Assembly: GCA_964523545.1 (NCBI GenBank)
Contig: CAZFZM010000003.1
Span: forward strand, 1,661-56,639
DNA from: an uncultured Thermotogae bacterium
Lineage (GTDB): Bacteria > Bipolaricaulota > Bipolaricaulia > UBA7950 > UBA9294
Length of the DNA stretch: 54,979 nucleotides
Direction of reading: 5' to 3'
Positions 8,058-17,780 of this stretch are shown here, one piece after another. Position 1 is the stretch's first letter; the number at the start of each line of letters is the position of its first letter. The notes beneath the pieces were generated by a model. That model did not search any database, was not told the origin of the DNA, and worked only from the letters and a program-made list of their open reading frames with translations. Both the position numbers and the translations under genes were made by a program.

Positions 8058-8197
8058 TGTGTGTCGAGTTTCACTGTGCTGTTTCCCCGGTGGTCGGCTG
8101 AGGTAAGAGGAAAGAAGGGGGCACCAGAGCAGAATCACCGGGTCCGGGTATCAGCCAGGACACCTGGGGGATGTTTGACGGGATAAATGAGAACCCA

Positions 8198-8790
8198 TCA
8201 ACAGCTGACAAGCACGGGATCGAACAAGTTCCTCTTCTCGTGTCGATGCCAGTGTCTGAATGCGAATTCGTCAAGGTGCTCCTAGAGATACTTGGTGCTC
8301 ACGTGGTGGTACATCCTGACAAGGCCGCACTTGAATAGTGACCAAGCATTCTCGACGTAGCTGACGTGTACTTCGCCGTTGATCCACTTCTTCTGGTGGA
8401 CAATGTACTGATGGGGCCCTGGCTCGTGTATCTTCTTGTAGAGCTTGTGCCTGTCAGGGCGGAAGAATTGGATGTATTCGACGATCTCTGCGACAACGCG
8501 GCGGATCTCCTTCCCACGGAGCTTGTCGAAAACCTACATGCGAAGGTCTCCTTCGCGGGAGGCTATACTTGCATCGTGGGAACCGTCGCTCCAGCGCTTC
8601 CCGTTGTCAGACTTTACCTACCACCACATCGTCAACCCCGACGATGCCGCATATCCTGTCTTCGAGCATGTCGTGCTTCATCGCCGTTCGAATTTGCTTT
8701 CGGCATGTACCAAACGGTTTCTAGTGAACGCCGAGAGCCCGCTCCAGCTGTTTGGCAGAGCCCCCTTTCGGGCCGTGGCACATCATCCAG
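8198..8790 (-). pseudogene. Degenerate IS1595-family (ISXO2-like DDE) transposase remnant
   Basis: Manual translation with stops/frameshifts: KGGSAKQLERALGVH*..QIRTAM..ICGIVGVDDVVVG..GEVHVSYVENAWSLFKCGLVRMYHHVSTKYL*EHLDEFAFRH..NLFDPVLVSC*. Confidence 0.85.
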
Positions 8791-9071
8791 GAGGAGGTCC
8801 TGCCATAACCGGCGGTTGGCTTAGTACATCTATGCTCCTAAACTGGTGTAGAATTCCGACCGCATGTCCCCTTGTCCGCTGGCTAAGACTTCGCCTAAAA
8901 TGCCTCTAAAGCGACGCAGTGGCAGATGTAGCAGGATCGGGGCGGGCGTCTTCGAGGACGTTGTGTCGCCCAAAAGCCGTAGTTGAACGAGTGTGAAGGG
9001 ATCGTGATGCGATTTCGCAACTTGGCAATTGCGCGGTGCGACAAATGCCGTCAGGGGAAGGAGTTGCACTA

Positions 9072-9950
9072 GTGAAAGGGATAGTCTTGGCCGGTGGGAG
9101 TGGCACGCGGTTGTTCCCGGCGACGAAGGTTACATGTAAGCAGCTGCTACCAATATACGATAAGCCAATGATTTACTACGCCCTTTCAGTACTGATGCTA
9201 GCTGATATTAGCAATATACTTATCATATCAACTTCAGAAGCCTTACCCCAATTTGAGTGTCTCCTGGGAGACGGATCAACGCTTGGACTCCACCTTGAAT
9301 ATGCTGTGCAAGCTTCTCCACGAGGTATTGCTGACGCGTTTATTATTGGAGAACGATTCATTGGGGAGAGCTGCGCATCTCTTATATTGGGCGATAACGT
9401 ATTTTACGGTCAAGGGCTGACTGACCGTTTGCAAACCGCAGTGGACGGGGTTGAAGCTCATGGTGGTGCGGTTGTCTTCGGGTACTACGTCCGTAATCCA
9501 GAGGGATACGGAGTGGTTGAGTTTGACGACAAAGGTTTGGTGCTGTCGATCGAGGAGAAACCTGCATATCCCAAGTCGAACTATGCTGTCACCGGGCTCT
9601 ACTTCTACGACAATGATGTCGTGGAGCTCGCGAAGAACTTGTCGCCATCCCCCCGGGGGGAGCTTGAGATAACCAGTATCAATCAGGCATACCTTAGTAT
9701 GAAGAAGCTTTCGGTAGAACTCCTTGGGAGGGGCTATGCATGGTTGGACACTGGAACGCATGACAGCCTTCTGGAGGCCTCCGAGTTTATTGCGACACTG
9801 GAGAAACGCCAGGCACTGAAGATCGGGTGTATCGAGGAGATCGCATTCAGAACTGGGCGCATTGACAAACATGGCTTGGCGGCCCGTATCGCTTCATATG
9901 CAGATAATGAGTATACTAGATATATAAGGAAAATCATAGAACATCAATGA
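9072..9950 (+). CDS. rmlA: Glucose-1-phosphate thymidylyltransferase (short form)
   Basis: KGIVLAGGSGTRLFP.TK..CKQLLPIYDKPMIYY, LILGDN, RGELEIT, WLDTGTHDSL; GTG start after GGAAGGAG. Confidence 0.96.
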   Translation: MKGIVLAGGSGTRLFPATKVTCKQLLPIYDKPMIYYALSVLMLADISNILIISTSEALPQFECLLGDGSTLGLHLEYAVQASPRGIADAFIIGERFIGESCASLILGDNVFYGQGLTDRLQTAVDGVEAHGGAVVFGYYVRNPEGYGVVEFDDKGLVLSIEEKPAYPKSNYAVTGLYFYDNDVVELAKNLSPSPRGELEITSINQAYLSMKKLSVELLGRGYAWLDTGTHDSLLEASEFIATLEKRQALKIGCIEEIAFRTGRIDKHGLAARIASYADNEYTRYIRKIIEHQ

Positions 9951-10045
9951 TATATTTACCATAGACAAGAGCATGTATAGTAAGGTGATTCACTGACGCT
10001 GCAAGGGAAGGTCTTTGTCAATCGTTCTCGAAGGATGGGATCAGC

Positions 10046-11137
10046 ATGAGAAGAGTGATAGTGACAGGTGGAGCAGGCTTCATTGGGAGCAACTTCATCC
10101 ATTGTGTACTGCTAGAGCATGAAGATTGGGCCATTGTGAATTTCGATAAGTTAACCTATGCGGGGAATCCTGAGAACCTGAAAGATATTGAAGATAATCC
10201 TCAATACACTTTCGTCAAGGGCGATATCGCTGATCCCAGAAGTGTTGAAGCCGTGTTCAAGGAGTATTCTCCCCACTACGTCGTTAACTTCGCGGCCGAG
10301 ACCCATGTTGATCGTAGTATTCTCGACGCATCTCCATTCATCGAGACGAACGTCAAAGGGACACAGGTATTGCTTGAGGCTGCTCGACGGCACGCTGTGG
10401 AACGCTTTTTACAGGTGTCAACTGATGAAGTATATGGTTCCCTTGGCCAAACAGGCGTTTTCACCGAGAGGACTCCTCTTGCTCCCAACAGCCCCTATGC
10501 TGCGAGTAAAGCAGCTGCTGACTTGCTGTGTCGCGCGTACTGGAAAACGTACGGTATTCAAGTGATTGTCTCTCGCAGCTCGAACAACTATGGACCGTAC
10601 CAGTTTCCCGAGAAGCTCATCCCGTTGATGATTCGAAACGCGCTTGCCGGAGAGCCGCTGCCCATCTACGGAGAAGGCAAGCAAGTTCGGGACTGGATCT
10701 ACGTTGAGGATAACTGCCACGCGATTGACCTCGTGCTGCGGGAAGGCGAACCGGGGGAAGCGTATAACATCGGCGGCAGCTGCGAGAAACAGAACATCGA
10801 CGTTGTCAAGGCAATTTGCTCGATCCTTAACGAGAAGCTGGCTCTTGATCCATCACGCATCACTCATCACAGGCCACTCGATGAACTCGTTGAGTTTATT
10901 GAGGATCCCCGCGGCTTGGCCCACGACTTCCGCTACGCTCTCGATTCATCAAAGGTTACAAGGGAACTTGGCTGGGTGTCCCGGGTGGACTTCGACGCAG
11001 GCCTGAAAAGAACTGTTGAGTGGTATCTGCAGAATCAAGACTGGGTCGGAAGCGTGATCACTGGCGAGTACCAGGAGTACTACGACAGAGTCTACGGAAA
11101 GGCTGGCGAGAAGACTGACCAAAGGAGCAGCCCGTAG
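10046..11137 (+). CDS. rmlB: dTDP-glucose 4,6-dehydratase
   Basis: TGGAGFIGSNF, DKLTYAGN, FAAETHVDRSI, STDEVYG, YAASK, NNYGPYQFPEKLIP. Confidence 0.96.
   Translation: MRRVIVTGGAGFIGSNFIHCVLLEHEDWAIVNFDKLTYAGNPENLKDIEDNPQYTFVKGDIADPRSVEAVFKEYSPHYVVNFAAETHVDRSILDASPFIETNVKGTQVLLEAARRHAVERFLQVSTDEVYGSLGQTGVFTERTPLAPNSPYAASKAAADLLCRAYWKTYGIQVIVSRSSNNYGPYQFPEKLIPLMIRNALAGEPLPIYGEGKQVRDWIYVEDNCHAIDLVLREGEPGEAYNIGGSCEKQNIDVVKAICSILNEKLALDPSRITHHRPLDELVEFIEDPRGLAHDFRYALDSSKVTRELGWVSRVDFDAGLKRTVEWYLQNQDWVGSVITGEYQEYYDRVYGKAGEKTDQRSSP
10851..10871 (+). repeat. Heptamer triplet CATCACN x3 inside rmlB
   Basis: catcacg catcact catcaca (21 nt, frame-preserving, PSRITHHR loop). Confidence 0.65.
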
Positions 11138-11278
11138 GAAAAGGGTGGAAATGAAGCGACGGGAAATGAGGAGTGTAGTATCGCGGCTATGTGTATTGGT
11201 GTGGCTTGATGATAGCAATGGCAGCAGCGTGACGTAACAGCGTGGGCAGGATGAGCTCTTGGAGCATTGGAGGGATAC

Positions 11279-11971
11279 GTGGTAAAGGGACACGGGAAGC
11301 TTGTTATTGTGGGAGCGGGTGAAACAGCGGAGCTTGCATATGAGTACTTCACAGATACAACGGACGTAGAGGTAGTCTCGTTTTCGGCAGAAAGGAGATT
11401 CGTAGAGGAGGGAGAGCTACTTGGCTTGCCTGTAGTACCACTTGATGAACTGCGGGATCTCTATCCCCCTGAAACGCACAAGGTGTTCGTCGCAATCTCT
11501 TACACGCAACTAAATCGAGCTCGCACGTGTCTCTATGAGCAGGTTACTGAGAACGGCTACGAATGCTCCACACTTGTCCACCCAACGACCTTTCTTGGAC
11601 GCGATGTCAAAATTGGCACGAATTCGCTCGTGCTCGAGTGCAACAATATCCAACGCAAAGTTAGGGTGGGCAACAACACCATCATCTGGGCCAAGAATCA
11701 TATTGGGCACCGGAGCATCATAGGTGACAACTGCTATCTTGCCTCTGGAGTGATCATCTCGGGTTACTGCGAGATAAGAGAGAATTGCTTTGTGGGGGTT
11801 AACTCCTCGTTCAATGATAGGGTCACCGTAGCCAAGGACACAGTCATCGGCAACGGGGCCATCGTGACCAAGAGCATCACTGAGCCAGGCGGGGTTTACG
11901 TCGGGAATCCCGCGCGGCGATTGCCCAGAAGCAGCTACGAAGTCTTTGGGATCAAGAAGGAGCGAGAATGA
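11279..11971 (+). CDS. NeuD/PglD-family hexapeptide-repeat sugar acyltransferase
   Basis: IVGAGETA N-terminal domain, left-handed beta-helix repeats, HIGH, VGNPAR. Confidence 0.85.
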   Translation: MVKGHGKLVIVGAGETAELAYEYFTDTTDVEVVSFSAERRFVEEGELLGLPVVPLDELRDLYPPETHKVFVAISYTQLNRARTCLYEQVTENGYECSTLVHPTTFLGRDVKIGTNSLVLECNNIQRKVRVGNNTIIWAKNHIGHRSIIGDNCYLASGVIISGYCEIRENCFVGVNSSFNDRVTVAKDTVIGNGAIVTKSITEPGGVYVGNPARRLPRSSYEVFGIKKERE

Positions 11972-12897
11972 AGTGGACAAAGAAGGGTCTGATCTACGGA
12001 CCAAAAGGCGAGATGCCTTGGGCACAGCACTCGGCCCTTACGCCAACACCGGTACTCCTTAGTGAGGACACGATCCGAGTCTACGCAGGCTTCCGCGATA
12101 GCAACGGCGTAAGCAGGATCGGATACGTTGACGTGGTGGCGGACGATCCCTCCTGCATCGTTAGTGTGTCCAAGAAACCCGTGCTTGATATCGGAGAGCC
12201 GGGCATGTTTGACGACAATGGTATCTTGCCCGGAGATATTATACGGGTTGGCGACAAGTTCTACCTGTACTATCTGGGATTCCAGCTTGCCCAGAAAGTC
12301 AAGTTCCTCATGTTCTCAGGTTTAGCGGTGAGCGATGACAATGGCCGAAGTTTCAGCCGGCTAAGCAAAACCCCGATAATGGATAGGAGTGCGGAAGGTC
12401 CGTACATCAGGGCCATAACCAGTGTGATTGAGCGGGAGGAAGGTTTCAGAGCTTGGTACCCTGTGGGTGAGAGGTGGGAGTACATCAATGGGGAACCATA
12501 TCCCAGTTACTACATCAAGTCGGTGGTGTCGCACGACGGGATTCATTTCCCAGCTGAGGGTGCAAGCTGCATTACACAGTCTGATGGCAGAGAGTACAGA
12601 TTGGCACGCCCAAAGGTCTACAAACTCGGCGACAAGTACATAATGCTCTATACAAGGGGGATCTTGGGAGGCGCTTTCTATGATTACCTACCTGGCTATG
12701 CAGAGTCTGAGGATGGACTGAATTGGACCAGGAAAGATGCTGAAGTGGGTCTGATGCCCTCGGGAGACGGCTGGGACTCTCAATGGCTTACTTATCCAAG
12801 CTTGCTCTGGTACAAAGATAGGGTTTATGCGTTCTACAACGGGAATGAAATGGGGAAGGAAGGTTTTGGGTATGCCGTCCTGGAGGGACGGATCTAG
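11968..12897 (+). CDS. Five-bladed beta-propeller, glycoside-hydrolase (GH32/130)-like protein of glycan loci
   Basis: MKWTKKGLIY, GEPGMFDDNG, SDDNG, SHDGIHF, SEDGLNW Asp-box-like repeats, FYNGNEMGKEGFGYA. Confidence 0.7.
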   Translation: MKWTKKGLIYGPKGEMPWAQHSALTPTPVLLSEDTIRVYAGFRDSNGVSRIGYVDVVADDPSCIVSVSKKPVLDIGEPGMFDDNGILPGDIIRVGDKFYLYYLGFQLAQKVKFLMFSGLAVSDDNGRSFSRLSKTPIMDRSAEGPYIRAITSVIEREEGFRAWYPVGERWEYINGEPYPSYYIKSVVSHDGIHFPAEGASCITQSDGREYRLARPKVYKLGDKYIMLYTRGILGGAFYDYLPGYAESEDGLNWTRKDAEVGLMPSGDGWDSQWLTYPSLLWYKDRVYAFYNGNEMGKEGFGYAVLEGRI

Positions 12898-12903
12898 CAT
12901 TTG

Positions 12904-13851
12904 ATGGATGACATTCGCGTTGCGAGATACAGGCCTGAGGATAAGACCTCCTGGGACAGCTTCGTGGCTAGTTCGAAGAACGGTACGTTTCTCTTCTACC
13001 GAGACTACATGGACTATCACGCTGACCGATTTGAGGATCACTCTCTGATTGTCTCCGATGCAAAGGGACAAGTGATGGCGCTCCTGCCGGGGAATTCCGA
13101 GGATAGTGTCCTCGTCAGCCACGGAGGATTGACATATGGGGGCTTCATCACCGATGAATGCATGAGGGTACTACAGATGCTCGATATCTTCCAGGCCACT
13201 AGGTTTTATCTCAAGCAGAATGGTTTTATGAGGCTGCACTACAAGACGATACCACACATCTACCACCGCATTCCTGCTGAGGAGGATAGTTACGCGTTGT
13301 TTCAGAACGGGGCAATCCTGCATCGGCGAGATGTGTCCACCGTTGCTATTCCGGCGCTTGAGCCGAGATTTCAGGCCAGGAGGCGGCGCTGCATTAAGAA
13401 GGCCAGGAAGGCAGGAGTAAGCTGGGGGGCATCAGAAGATTACGCAAGTTTCTGGGAGATCCTGGAGCACAATCTTCAGACTGTTCATCACGTCAGGCCA
13501 GTCCACACGCTTGACGAGATACGGAGCCTACAGACCAACTACCCAAACAACATCAGGTTATTCTGCAGCTTCCTCGGGGGCGAGCCGATTGCGGGTACAG
13601 TGATCTACGAGACCGATCGGGTAGCTCATGCGCAGTACATTGCAAGCTCAGACCAGGGGAAGTCGTGCGGCGCGCTGGATCTGCTCTTTTGGGGGTTGCT
13701 GTCTGACCAGTACAAGGAGAAGTCGTATTTCGACTTCGGGATCTCCACGGAACAGGAGGGGCGATACTTGAACACGGGGCTGATAGACTTCAAAGAGGGG
13801 TTTGGGGGACGGGCCGTAAGCTATGATTCCTATGCACTTGAGCTGCAGTGA
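12904..13851 (+). CDS. GNAT/FemAB-like N-acyltransferase
   Basis: WDSFVASSKNGTFLFYRDYMDYH, SHGGLTYGG, HAQYIAS, FDFGISTE, GLIDFKEGFGGR. Confidence 0.85.
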   Translation: MDDIRVARYRPEDKTSWDSFVASSKNGTFLFYRDYMDYHADRFEDHSLIVSDAKGQVMALLPGNSEDSVLVSHGGLTYGGFITDECMRVLQMLDIFQATRFYLKQNGFMRLHYKTIPHIYHRIPAEEDSYALFQNGAILHRRDVSTVAIPALEPRFQARRRRCIKKARKAGVSWGASEDYASFWEILEHNLQTVHHVRPVHTLDEIRSLQTNYPNNIRLFCSFLGGEPIAGTVIYETDRVAHAQYIASSDQGKSCGALDLLFWGLLSDQYKEKSYFDFGISTEQEGRYLNTGLIDFKEGFGGRAVSYDSYALELQ

Positions 13852-13869
13852 CGTATCTGGAGTCCAGCC

Positions 13870-14286
13870 GTGTCACTAGGCGAATGTAGGTTGATAACGT
13901 TGCCGAAGATCTCCGATCCGCGCGGCAATCTGACATTTATCGAGGGTGGACAACATGTACCTTTCGAGATCAAGCGAGTCTACTACCTGTATGATGTTCC
14001 GGTGAAAGAGACGCGCGGGGGGCATGCTCATAAGACACTCGAGCAGTTCATGATAGCAGTTGCAGGGAGCTTCAAGCTGGTCGTAGACGATGGCAGCGAA
14101 CGCAGAGAGATACATCTGAATCATTCTTACTGCGGGATCTACATTCCTCGGATGATATGGAGGGAGCTCGAGGATTTTTCGTCGGGATCGATCTGCCTAG
14201 TGATCGCGTCAGACCACTATGATGAGGCGGACTACATCCGGGACTACGCTGAGTTCATGAGGGCTGCACGAGGAGGGGGAAAATGA
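13870..14286 (+). CDS. fdtA: FdtA/QdtA-family dTDP-4-keto-6-deoxyglucose 3,4-ketoisomerase (cupin)
   Basis: [40 protein letters not shown]. Confidence 0.9.
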   Translation: MSLGECRLITLPKISDPRGNLTFIEGGQHVPFEIKRVYYLYDVPVKETRGGHAHKTLEQFMIAVAGSFKLVVDDGSERREIHLNHSYCGIYIPRMIWRELEDFSSGSICLVIASDHYDEADYIRDYAEFMRAARGGGK

Positions 14287-15398
14287 GAGTGCCCTTTCTT
14301 GACCTAAGACCCGGACACGAGGAGATTAGGGCGGAGCTGGACGCTGCATACCGACGGGTGATCGAGTCGGGATGGTACATCCTGGGGAAGGAAGTTAGCG
14401 CCTTCGAAGAGGAGTTCGCGGCATACTGCGGCGTTCGATATTGCGTCGGCGTGGGGAATGGTCTCGATGCCCTGCACTTGATCCTGCGAGCGTACGGGAT
14501 CGGCTCTGGGGATGAGGTAATCGTGCCTGCTAATACGTATATCGCGACTTGGTTGGCTGTGTCATACGCTGGCGCGAAACCGATACCGGTGGAACCTGAC
14601 ATACGGACCTACAACATTGATCCGGCATTGATTGAAGCAGCGATTACGCCGAGAACGCGTGCAATCATGCCCGTCCACCTGTATGGGCAACCGGCGGACA
14701 TGGACCCAATCAATGGCATTGCGAAGGCGCACAATCTCAAGGTTGTCGAAGATGCTGCTCAGGCACACGGAGCTCGCTACAGGGGACGTGCGGCGGGTAG
14801 CTTGGGTGATGCGGCAGGTTTCAGCTTCTACCCGACGAAGAATCTGGGCGCCCTCGGTGACGCCGGTGCAGTAGTCACCAATGATGCAGAGCTGGCGGAT
14901 CAAGTACGGCTTCTCAGAAACTATGGATCGCGAACGAAGTACGAGAACGAAGAGAAGGGTTTCAATAGCCGGCTGGATGAACTGCAAGCGGCATTCCTAC
15001 GAGTTGAACTTCGTCACTTGGACGCATGGAACAGGTGCCGCCGCTTGGTTGCCGGAGTCTATGGGGAGAAGCTATCGGGGATACCCAACGTTGTCCTTCC
15101 GAAGGCTCTTGAGAGAGCTGATCCTGTTTGGCATCTCTACGTAATACGTCATCCGGAACGCAACAAGCTGCACGACTTCCTGTCCCGTAGCGGAGTTGGA
15201 ACTCTGATTCACTATTCGATTCCGCCGCATCTTTCCGGCGCGTATGCAGAGATGGGATACAAACAAGGTTCCCTCCCAGTGACGGAGCAGCTTGCTTCCA
15301 CAGTGTTGAGTCTTCCAGTGGACAGGCATCTCTCTGCTCATGCGGTTGAGCAGATCGCATTTGTCATTGCAGAGTTTGAGCATGCGCGAGCTTCTTAG
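14283..15398 (+). CDS. fdtB: FdtB/QdtB-like DegT-family PLP aminotransferase (3-amino sugar)
   Basis: [50 protein letters not shown]; ATGA overlap with fdtA. Confidence 0.88.
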   Translation: MRVPFLDLRPGHEEIRAELDAAYRRVIESGWYILGKEVSAFEEEFAAYCGVRYCVGVGNGLDALHLILRAYGIGSGDEVIVPANTYIATWLAVSYAGAKPIPVEPDIRTYNIDPALIEAAITPRTRAIMPVHLYGQPADMDPINGIAKAHNLKVVEDAAQAHGARYRGRAAGSLGDAAGFSFYPTKNLGALGDAGAVVTNDAELADQVRLLRNYGSRTKYENEEKGFNSRLDELQAAFLRVELRHLDAWNRCRRLVAGVYGEKLSGIPNVVLPKALERADPVWHLYVIRHPERNKLHDFLSRSGVGTLIHYSIPPHLSGAYAEMGYKQGSLPVTEQLASTVLSLPVDRHLSAHAVEQIAFVIAEFEHARAS

Positions 15399-16860
15399 TG
15401 CTGTGTTCAAGACCGGTGCGGGAAGCCTGGTTCGTATTCTCTTCGGGTTTGTTAGCACCAAGATCGTGGCGGTAGCGCTGGGGCCTAGTGGCCTAGGGCT
15501 ATTATCTCTGTTGCAGCAGGTGAGACAGACCGCGCTGACCGTTGGTTCTGTAAATGGGAACGCAGCCATAGTGCAGGGGATCGCGAGCAGTGAGGAGCGT
15601 GCGCGAGGAGCCTATGTCTCGACAGTCCTGATCATCTGCATCGTAGGTGGTGGGATTGCATGTATCGGAGTACTTGTCTTGGCTCCAGCCATAGCGGGTA
15701 AATTGCTGGGACAATCAGACGGCGCGTCTGTAGCTCTCATCCGTTGGCTGTCAGTTCCTGTTTACCTCGGTGTTGCCAACGTCTATCTGATGGGCCTTCT
15801 CAACGGCCACCGGGCAATCGGCCATTTAGCAGTAGCATCGGGTATCCCAGCGATAACAATGGCAGCCCTCGCCTACCCCGCTGCAATGATAGCCGCAGGT
15901 GGGAACACGATTGCCTTGGTCTGGCTGATGATCTGTTCAACTCTCGCTGGTCTCGTGTTTGCGTTCTTCTCTGCCGGGCGGCTGGGGTACTTGGAACCAC
16001 TTCGCAAGCTCACCAGCCTTCGCTTCAGTGCGAGTGCTGCGCGTCACTTCTTCTCCATTGCTGGAACAACGCTTGTCACAGGTCTTATGCAGACGGGGAC
16101 ACTTCTTCTAATGCGAAGTATCATCGTCCAAGAGGCTGGGCTCTCCGGTGCAGGAGTCTTTGATGCAGCTTGGACTGTGAGCATGACCTATGTGACGTTG
16201 ATTCTAGGCTCATTTGGGACGTACTACCTGCCGGCCTTGTCCGCGACGCGAGGAGGTAGGAACCGGCTGGTACTGATCCAGCGTGTGATGCGACTGACTA
16301 CTGTGGCAATGCTGCCGCTTGTTGCTGGTGCAATTGTACTAAAACCACTAATAATACATATTCTATATTCTATAGATTTCATTCCTGCGTTGTCAATACT
16401 ACGTTGGATGCTCATAGCTGACTTTCTAAGAGGTACTAGCTGGGTTCTGTCGTTCACTATGCTTGCCTTTGCAGACATGAAGACGCTATTCTGGTCCGAA
16501 CTTGCGTGGAACACGATTCGGCTTACAGCTGTGTATGTGCTGGTTGGACAGTACCATATGCTCGAAGGAGCGGGCGTATCAATGGTGATTACATACGGGA
16601 CGTACCTTGTTTTCACTGTCTGCTATGCTTATCGGCGTCATCGCTTCATACCCCCAACGAGAATAGCGCTCACGTGGTTTTTTTCACTTCTCCTGCTACT
16701 GGCTGCCTCAATTCACACCTGGACGCGTGTGCACGTGAGCTGGGCCACCTGTGCAATATGGATTCCGCTTGCCCTTGCTCTTTCATGGCTAGCCCTGCGG
16801 CCCGTGGAGCGAGAGGCCGTGTTCCGAAAAGTCCTACGCCAGAGGAGAGAACGACAATGA
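15382..16860 (+). CDS. wzx: Wzx O-antigen flippase
   Basis: About 12 TM segments; [30 protein letters not shown]. Confidence 0.85.
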   Translation: MRELLSAVFKTGAGSLVRILFGFVSTKIVAVALGPSGLGLLSLLQQVRQTALTVGSVNGNAAIVQGIASSEERARGAYVSTVLIICIVGGGIACIGVLVLAPAIAGKLLGQSDGASVALIRWLSVPVYLGVANVYLMGLLNGHRAIGHLAVASGIPAITMAALAYPAAMIAAGGNTIALVWLMICSTLAGLVFAFFSAGRLGYLEPLRKLTSLRFSASAARHFFSIAGTTLVTGLMQTGTLLLMRSIIVQEAGLSGAGVFDAAWTVSMTYVTLILGSFGTYYLPALSATRGGRNRLVLIQRVMRLTTVAMLPLVAGAIVLKPLIIHILYSIDFIPALSILRWMLIADFLRGTSWVLSFTMLAFADMKTLFWSELAWNTIRLTAVYVLVGQYHMLEGAGVSMVITYGTYLVFTVCYAYRRHRFIPPTRIALTWFFSLLLLLAASIHTWTRVHVSWATCAIWIPLALALSWLALRPVEREAVFRKVLRQRRERQ

Positions 16861-17780
16861 CCAAGCCGCTAGTCTCCATCTTCATGCCTACGTACAACCA
16901 TGAGGCGTTCATCGAAGAGGCGTTGGACGGTTGTCTCAGCCAGACCTACGAGAATTTCGAAGTAGTAGTGGCAGATGACGGATCTACTGACCGTACCCAG
17001 CTAGCCGTGGCCGAGTATGCGCGCAGGTATCCAGGCCGTGTCGTTGCACTTGTTGGAGGCCGTCACCTTGGCGTGGCTGGAAACTCAAACCGTGCACTTA
17101 GGGCTTGCCACGGAGAATATATCGCACTGACATCGGGAGACGACGTACTCCTACCGGGGAAACTAGAGGCGCAGGTTGCGTGGTTGGAGCGCGACATGAG
17201 AAGAGTGCTATGCTATCATGATGTGGAAGTGTTCGATAGCATCACTGGAGATTTGCTATTTAATTATATGGACCGGTACCCTATCAGAGATGGCGATGCA
17301 CGGGTCTTGGTCCGGCACGGCGCATTCATATCGGGCACTTCAATCATGCTTCGAGCGGAAAGCGTACCTCCTTGGGGTTTTGACGAGAGGGTAAAGAGTT
17401 CCTCAGACTGGCTGTTTTGGATTGAGTGCATGGCACGCAGTGGAGGGGTAGCGGGAGCGGTAGAAGGAATACACGCCCGCTATCGCAGACATGCGATGAG
17501 TCTATCGTTGAATCAGCCTAGGGAGCACGCTCTCCAGGATTTAATGGTATCTCTTGGGATCATAGAAGCTAGATATCCCACTTTGATAGGAGCGTCGCGA
17601 AAGCGGAGAGCAGACATTTTTTTTGTAGAAGGCATGCGGAAGTGGCTGAGTGGCGAGCGGGCAGCTGCACTTGGTTACCTGCAGCAATCATTCCTCACAT
17701 CTGGGGTGCCGTGGACGTCTCCGCTAGTGCTGTTAAGGGAGTTACGATACAGACAAAGGTATCATGAATTTTCTAGGTAG
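16857..17780 (+). CDS. Glycosyltransferase family 2
   Basis: PLVSIFMPTYNHE, SQTYENFEVVVADDGSTD, GEYIALTSGDD, KLEAQV. Confidence 0.92.
   Translation: MTKPLVSIFMPTYNHEAFIEEALDGCLSQTYENFEVVVADDGSTDRTQLAVAEYARRYPGRVVALVGGRHLGVAGNSNRALRACHGEYIALTSGDDVLLPGKLEAQVAWLERDMRRVLCYHDVEVFDSITGDLLFNYMDRYPIRDGDARVLVRHGAFISGTSIMLRAESVPPWGFDERVKSSSDWLFWIECMARSGGVAGAVEGIHARYRRHAMSLSLNQPREHALQDLMVSLGIIEARYPTLIGASRKRRADIFFVEGMRKWLSGERAAALGYLQQSFLTSGVPWTSPLVLLRELRYRQRYHEFSR

Noticed and set aside
8366-8909. Plus-strand ORFs 8366..8824 and 8445..8909
   Set aside because: Antisense shadows of the IS1595 pseudogene
8880-9071. JUMPStart/ops element upstream of rmlA
   Set aside because: No GGCGGTAG-type match found
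17617-17624. T8 run in GT2 (also C6G6 at 9649-9660) as a phase-variation tract
   Set aside because: Short, the frames are intact, and a single sequence gives no evidence of length variation
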